The translations under genes were made by a program, and so were the position numbers. A model generated the notes under the pieces. That model saw only the letters and a program-made list of their open reading frames with translations. It was not told the origin of the DNA and ran no database searches. From Candidatus Omnitrophota bacterium (lineage in GTDB: Bacteria > Omnitrophota > Gorgyraeia > Duberdicusellales > 4484-171), in NCBI GenBank assembly GCA_003154195.1, contig PMCS01000008.1, positions 15,366 through 79,365 on the forward strand: a stretch of DNA of 64,000 nucleotides, read 5' to 3'. How positions within the stretch are numbered: the stretch's first letter is position 1; every line of letters starts with the position of its first letter. Below are positions 59,424-64,000 of this stretch, in pieces.

Positions 59424-60320
59424 TCACAGCGCTTCGATATCTTCCTTCTTTTCTATATTAACGACCTTGATCTCCGGGTTAATCTTACGAATAAGCCCTT
59501 TCAGAATTTTAGACGGGCCAATCTCATACATCATGCTGACGCCGCGGCTTACCATAAAATCCACGCAGTCTTTCCAAAGCACCGGCGAAGTCAACTGCTC
59601 GATAAGGTTTCGCTTGATCTCATCTTTATCGGTATGGGCTTTAGCCGTAAAATTGCTCACAATCGGTATTTTTGCGTCATTAAACGCAAGGGAATCGATA
59701 ACTTTTTGCAGACGAACGCGGGCAGGCAGGATGAAGGGGGAATGAAACCCTCCGCTGACTTCCAGTTCTACCACTTTAGCCCCCATGCCCTCAAGCAAAG
59801 ATTTAATCTTAGCTATGTTTTCTCTCTTCAATGATATAACGATCTGCTGCCCGGAATTGATATTGGCAAGATAAAAACCCACCTGTTTGCTCTTTTCTTC
59901 CAACGCGGCGCGGTCAATGCCCATAACGGCAAGCATGCCGGAATGGGAATTCTGCGCCGCCTCCTGCATCGCCAATGCCCTTTCTTTTACTAATCGCAAA
60001 AGGTCGTCAAGATTTAAAACATCGGCCGCGTACAAACAAGTATACTCGCCCAGGCTCAAACCGGAAAGATAATCGATTTTTATATTTTTTTCCCGGAACA
60101 ACTCGTAAGTAACCACGCAAACCGATAAAATAGCTAATTGCTGATAGTACGTCTGCTTAAGTTCCTGTTCGCTGCCGTTGGAGCAAACCTTAGAGATACC
60201 GATATCCAATACCTTATCAATGCGACAGAGCAACTCTTTAGCCCGGGGGTAGTGATCAAAGATATTCTGCCCCATTCCTTTATATTGGGCGCCCTGCCCG
60301 GGAAAAACTATCGCGTTCAT
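59424..60320 (-). CDS. fabD: Malonyl-CoA:ACP transacylase
   Basis: FPGQGAQ and GLSLGEY active-site serine motif. Confidence 0.9.
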   Translation of the reverse strand: MNAIVFPGQGAQYKGMGQNIFDHYPRAKELLCRIDKVLDIGISKVCSNGSEQELKQTYYQQLAILSVCVVTYELFREKNIKIDYLSGLSLGEYTCLYAADVLNLDDLLRLVKERALAMQEAAQNSHSGMLAVMGIDRAALEEKSKQVGFYLANINSGQQIVISLKRENIAKIKSLLEGMGAKVVELEVSGGFHSPFILPARVRLQKVIDSLAFNDAKIPIVSNFTAKAHTDKDEIKRNLIEQLTSPVLWKDCVDFMVSRGVSMMYEIGPSKILKGLIRKINPEIKVVNIEKKEDIEAL

Positions 60321-60351
60321 AATTTATTTTTTGCCGTACAAAAAATAAATT
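60321..60351 (-). terminator. AT-stem hairpin aatttattttttg ccgtac aaaaaataaatt
   Basis: Perfect AT-rich palindrome between fabH and fabD. Similar hairpins (ttttttgctgcgcaaaaaa) occur at 63250-63285 and 46444-46474. Confidence 0.4.
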
Positions 60352-60500
60352 CTACCCGCTTCGCCCCGATGCGCCTGAATATCGCGAAAATATCTTCTCA
60401 GACATTTTCGCAAAGCTTTCGGGACTTCACTTACCCCGTTAGAAATTACATTTCTAACGGGGCTTACGCTTCGCGGATAAAAAAGTATTTTTTAATTGGG

Positions 60501-61484
60501 TTACGCCCAGCGTATCGCACAGCTTCCCCATACCAGCCCCGCGCCAAACGCGTCAAGCAACACAATATCATCTTTGCGGATTCTGCCTTCCTCCCACGCT
60601 TCGCACAAGGCGACTACGGTAGAAGCGGAAGACATATTGCCGTAACGAGCGATGTTCACATAAATCCGGTTAGCGGGAACTTCGAGCCTCGCCGCCACGG
60701 CGTTGATAATGCGCTCGTTCGCCTGATGCGGGATTAGAATACTTACCTCTTTCTGCGACAAACCCGCCCCGTCAAGCGCTTTCTGCGCGGCATCGACCAT
60801 AACCCTGACAGCAACTTTAAAAAGTTCGTTGCCTTTCATTTTTATCGTATGCAGCTTTTTTTCCACTGTTTCTTTTGTAGCAACCATACGCGAGCCGCCG
60901 GCCGGCACGATAAGCATCTCCGCTTCCGCCCCGTCGCTGCCCAGGTAGGCGCTTAAAATCCCTTCTTTGGCCGGGCAATCAGTCAATACCACGGCTCCCG
61001 CGCCGTCGCCGAATAAGACACAAGTAGAACGGTCGCTCCAGTCGGTAATCGATGACATCACCTCGCTGCCCACAACCAAGGCATTCTTATACAAACCGCC
61101 CTTGATGAATTGCCAAGCCGCGGTCAACGCGTAAATAAACCCCGCGCAAGCGGCAGAAACATCAAAACAAGCGGCTTTTTTAGCTTTCAGGAAATTTTGC
61201 AAGTGGCAAGCAGTAGAAGGAAATTGGTTATCGGGAGTAATTGTCGCCACGATAATTAAATCTAAGTCGGCGGGTTTGATCCCGGCGTTCTTTATCGCGA
61301 TTTTGCTTGCCTCGAAGGCGAGAACCGACGCGCCCTCGTTTTTGTGGGCAAGATGCCTTTCCTTGATACCGGTACGCGTAGTAATCCACTCATCACTGGT
61401 ATCAACCATCTTTTCTAAATCAAAATTAGTCAGGATTTTAGGCGGCAAGTATTTGCCTAACCCGATTATCTTGGCAGACTTCAT
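60501..61484 (-). CDS. fabH: 3-oxoacyl-ACP synthase III
   Basis: N-terminal IGLGKYLP...DEWI and active-site Cys context ACAGF. Confidence 0.9.
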   Translation of the reverse strand: MKSAKIIGLGKYLPPKILTNFDLEKMVDTSDEWITTRTGIKERHLAHKNEGASVLAFEASKIAIKNAGIKPADLDLIIVATITPDNQFPSTACHLQNFLKAKKAACFDVSAACAGFIYALTAAWQFIKGGLYKNALVVGSEVMSSITDWSDRSTCVLFGDGAGAVVLTDCPAKEGILSAYLGSDGAEAEMLIVPAGGSRMVATKETVEKKLHTIKMKGNELFKVAVRVMVDAAQKALDGAGLSQKEVSILIPHQANERIINAVAARLEVPANRIYVNIARYGNMSSASTVVALCEAWEEGRIRKDDIVLLDAFGAGLVWGSCAIRWA

Positions 61485-62469
61485 CGATTTTTCTTTTGAT
61501 TTCCGCGTTAAGGTCTTGTTTCAATTCTTTCGCCGCTACCTTAATCGCATTTTTGACGGCCTTAGCGTTGGAACGCCCGTGTCCTTCGATGACAATACCG
61601 TCTATACCCAAAAGCGGCGCGCCGCCGGTTTCGGCGTAATCCAACTTTTTCTTAAACTCGCTCAAATTACCCCTCATCATCAAATACCCTAATATACCCA
61701 GCAAATTCTTCCTGGCTGCGGCGGAAAATGACTTCACAATAAAATCCGCGCAAGACTCGGAAACCTTTAAGGCGATATTTCCCATCACGCCGTCGCAAAC
61801 CACGCAATCACATTCGCCGGAGAATACGTTTTTAGCTTCAATATTCCCCATAAAATTCAAAGGAGCCACGGAAAATATTTTATGGGTTGTTTTATAAAGG
61901 TCGGTACCCTTTGATTCCTCCTCTCCGATATTAAGAATACCTACGGTAGGATTGCCCTTACCAAGGACTAATCGAGAGTACACCGAAGCCATCGCGCCAT
62001 ATTGTAAAAGGTGCAGGGGCTTGCAATCAATATTTGCGCCGACATCAATAATAAGAGAAACGCCTTTTTTCGTAGGTATCGTAATAGCGATACCCGGTCG
62101 TTCTACTCCTTCAATCAAACCAACAATCAAAGTAGAAGCGCACACCATCGCTCCGGTATTGCCGCAAGAAACAAAAGCATCAATCTTTTTATCGCGCAGC
62201 ATGGCCGCGCCGATTGCAATCGATGAATCTTTTTTCTTGCGCACGGTGACCGCCGGAGACTCTTCCATGCCTATTTTATCCGGAGCATGGACTATCTCGA
62301 AATTACTTAAGTCAACGCGATGTTTGCGGGCTTCTTCCACAATCTCTTGCTGAACGCCGATCAGAACAAACTTGTCATGAATTTCCCGGGAAGCCAGCAT
62401 CGCGCCTTCGAAAACAGCGCCCGGAGCGTTATCTCCGCCCGAAATATCAATCCCTATCCTATACCCCAT
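61438..62469 (-). CDS. plsX: Phosphate acyltransferase
   Basis: IGIDISGGDNAP N-terminus. The 3' end overlaps the fabH start by 47 bp. Confidence 0.85.
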   Translation of the reverse strand: MGYRIGIDISGGDNAPGAVFEGAMLASREIHDKFVLIGVQQEIVEEARKHRVDLSNFEIVHAPDKIGMEESPAVTVRKKKDSSIAIGAAMLRDKKIDAFVSCGNTGAMVCASTLIVGLIEGVERPGIAITIPTKKGVSLIIDVGANIDCKPLHLLQYGAMASVYSRLVLGKGNPTVGILNIGEEESKGTDLYKTTHKIFSVAPLNFMGNIEAKNVFSGECDCVVCDGVMGNIALKVSESCADFIVKSFSAAARKNLLGILGYLMMRGNLSEFKKKLDYAETGGAPLLGIDGIVIEGHGRSNAKAVKNAIKVAAKELKQDLNAEIKRKIDEVCQDNRVRQILAA

Positions 62470-62498
62470 AGCGATCTCCACGATATAGTTTCATGTCA

Positions 62499-62705
62499 TT
62501 AGCTTGCTTTCTTTTTATCTTTTTTATCGAATTCGACCTTGACTACTTCACGGGAAGCATAATACCCGCAAAAAGGACAAATCATATGCGCCGGCTTAAG
62601 CTTACGGCATTGCTTGCATTCAACCAAAAGGGGAACGGCTATTTTATAATGAGTTAACCTTTTAGCCGAACGCGCGTGAGAATGTCTGCGTTTTGGATGC
62701 GCCAT
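62499..62705 (-). CDS. rpmF: 50S ribosomal protein L32
   Basis: MAHPKRRHSHARSAKR...CPFCG. Confidence 0.85.
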   Translation of the reverse strand: MAHPKRRHSHARSAKRLTHYKIAVPLLVECKQCRKLKPAHMICPFCGYYASREVVKVEFDKKDKKKAS

Positions 62706-62747
62706 ATTATCTCCTTTTGTTTTTTGCTTCGCGAAAAAACAAATCAA

Positions 62748-63248
62748 TTATTGTTTTGTTTTTTTCTTACCCTTGCGCCGCGGCAATACCCCCGCCACGG
62801 AAATCGTAAATTTTTGCCGTTTGACGGCGCTGTCATTTTTTTCAATACAGGCGCACTCTTGATTATTCAAATCTACGCCGCATTCAGGACAGATGCCCTT
62901 GCAATCGGGCTTACATAAAACTTTCATGGGAAAATCAAGAAGCAATTCTTCCCGGACATCTTTATCGACCTCAAGGTATTCGCCTAAACCGACGGCATCG
63001 TAAGATAACTCGAAATTTTTATTTATTTTTTGCTCTACTTCTTTTAAGCACCGGGAACAAGTAATAAGCCGGTTCAATGTTACACGAATATCGACGAGAA
63101 TTTCTTTATCGATTTTACAAAAATCGCCTACAAGACGGATGTTTTTTAAAAATTTGATATCGAAACTATCGATGTCCCAGTTTCCTGCCGGGATATCTTC
63201 GCATATGCGCAATGGTTCTCTTTTTATCTTATCTACTTCTATTTTCAT
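62748..63248 (-). CDS. yceD: DUF177/YceD-family protein
   Basis: Conserved position before rpmF-plsX-fab. C-terminal CxxC...CxxC (CKPDCKGICPECG). Confidence 0.7.
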   Translation of the reverse strand: MKIEVDKIKREPLRICEDIPAGNWDIDSFDIKFLKNIRLVGDFCKIDKEILVDIRVTLNRLITCSRCLKEVEQKINKNFELSYDAVGLGEYLEVDKDVREELLLDFPMKVLCKPDCKGICPECGVDLNNQECACIEKNDSAVKRQKFTISVAGVLPRRKGKKKTKQ

Positions 63249-63310
63249 ATTATTTTTTGCTGCGCAAAAAATAATTTATATATTTTTTGTTTTCGAAAAG
63301 CCGGGAAACG

Positions 63311-63790
63311 TTATTTGCGCATTCTTTTGGCTAACGCCTTCTGAACCGCTACCGGTAAAAATTGTTTTAGCTCCGCGCCCAGGCTGCCGGCTTCTTTAAT
63401 CAACCGCGAAGAAATATAGGAATATTGCGGATGGGGCATCAAAAAGATAGTCTCAACCCCGGGATCAAGGCTCCTGTTGGTAAGAGCCATTTGGAATTCA
63501 TACTCAAAATCGGAAAGCATTCTTAAACCCCGTATGATAACTTTAGCGTTATTTTTACGGGCAAAATCAACGACCAGGCCGTCAAAGCTAACAACTTTTA
63601 TGCCTTTCACATCCTTAAGCGCGTTTTTTGCCAACGCAAAACGTTCCGGAAAAGCGAAAAGAGGGTTTTTAAAAGAATTCTTAGCCACAGCCACGATTAC
63701 TTCATCAAATATAGACGCAGCGCGCTTAATGATATCAATGTGGCCGTTGGTAATCGGGTCAAATGTCCCCGGACAAAGTGCTTTAGGCAT
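63311..63790 (-). CDS. coaD: Phosphopantetheine adenylyltransferase
   Basis: CPGTFDPITNGHIDII. Confidence 0.9.
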   Translation of the reverse strand: MPKALCPGTFDPITNGHIDIIKRAASIFDEVIVAVAKNSFKNPLFAFPERFALAKNALKDVKGIKVVSFDGLVVDFARKNNAKVIIRGLRMLSDFEYEFQMALTNRSLDPGVETIFLMPHPQYSYISSRLIKEAGSLGAELKQFLPVAVQKALAKRMRK

Positions 63791-63799
63791 AGTTTTAAA

Positions 63800-63930
63800 A
63801 AACGGTTAGGGTAATGGTAAGGAAGCCTGTTTGGGTTATGGTAAAGGTTATGGCTGAAAATTCGTATCAGCCCTGGCCATTGCCTTAACCCAAACCGGCT
63901 TCATAGCCCTAACCCTGACCTTAACTCTAT
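63800..63930. repeat. Intergenic word-palindrome (ggttagg/ggttatgg words); paralog of the outer arms of the 21346-21600 element
   Basis: ggttagggtaatggtaaggaagcctgtttgggttatggtaaaggttatggctg ... cagccctggccattgccttaacccaaaccggcttcatagccctaaccctgacc. Confidence 0.7.
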
Positions 63931-64000
63931 TTAAAAAGAAATTTCTCTAATCCTGAAACTACTTCCTATATATAAGAAGCAGGGTCTGGCCGTATTTTCG

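Noticed and set aside
1-64000. tRNA or rRNA genes in the longer spacers (2922-3257, 5772-6058, 21324-21612)
   Set aside because: No T-loop consensus (GGTTCGAATCC or variants) or acceptor-stem pairing was found. The spacers are explained by repeat elements.

Overview
Every convincing gene in this 64-kb window, about 67 CDS, lies on the minus strand. No rRNA, tRNA or CRISPR array was recognised.

Gene content from high to low coordinates:
- coaD, yceD, rpmF and plsX, then the fatty-acid block fabH-fabD-fabG-acpP-fabF.
- leuC-leuD-leuB, asd and truA.
- An AT-rich islet holding an unknown 221-aa gene and an MNT/HEPN toxin-antitoxin pair, next to an MBL hydrolase and a xerC/D recombinase.
- cca, rbfA, a DHH phosphoesterase (nrnA-like), truB and ribF.
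- A complete dcw cell-wall and division cluster: mraZ-rsmH-ftsL-ftsI-murE-murF-mraY-murD-ftsW-murG, a HExxH membrane protein, then murC-murB-ddl-ftsQ and a divergent FtsA-like gene.
- The cluster then runs into a 651-aa helical protein and an HD-GYP phosphodiesterase that share an N-terminal domain; no ftsZ is present in the window.
- metF, then an Rrf2 regulator, a ferredoxin, a cupin and the hybrid-cluster protein hcp.
- A BamE-like lipoprotein, an ABC ATPase and a large permease, then an amidase and murI.
- queD-queC, a CrtI-like FAD oxidoreductase and queE, followed by class-I fumarase fumA/fumB.
- A DEDDh exonuclease, a secreted clan GH-A glycosidase, rph, an EamA transporter, a vapBC pair and a CBS protein.

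The most unusual thing visible directly in the sequence is the non-coding DNA. Almost every gene junction, including junctions inside the dcw and fab operons, carries a 70-200 bp imperfect palindrome built from short degenerate words. These fall into several multi-copy families. One family is a roughly 110-bp AT-rich hairpin present in four copies, and one of those copies sits nested inside a member of another family. A two-module GC-rich repeat occurs twice with its module order swapped.

Product calls rest on motifs I could read in the translations. No database search was possible, so they are unverified.
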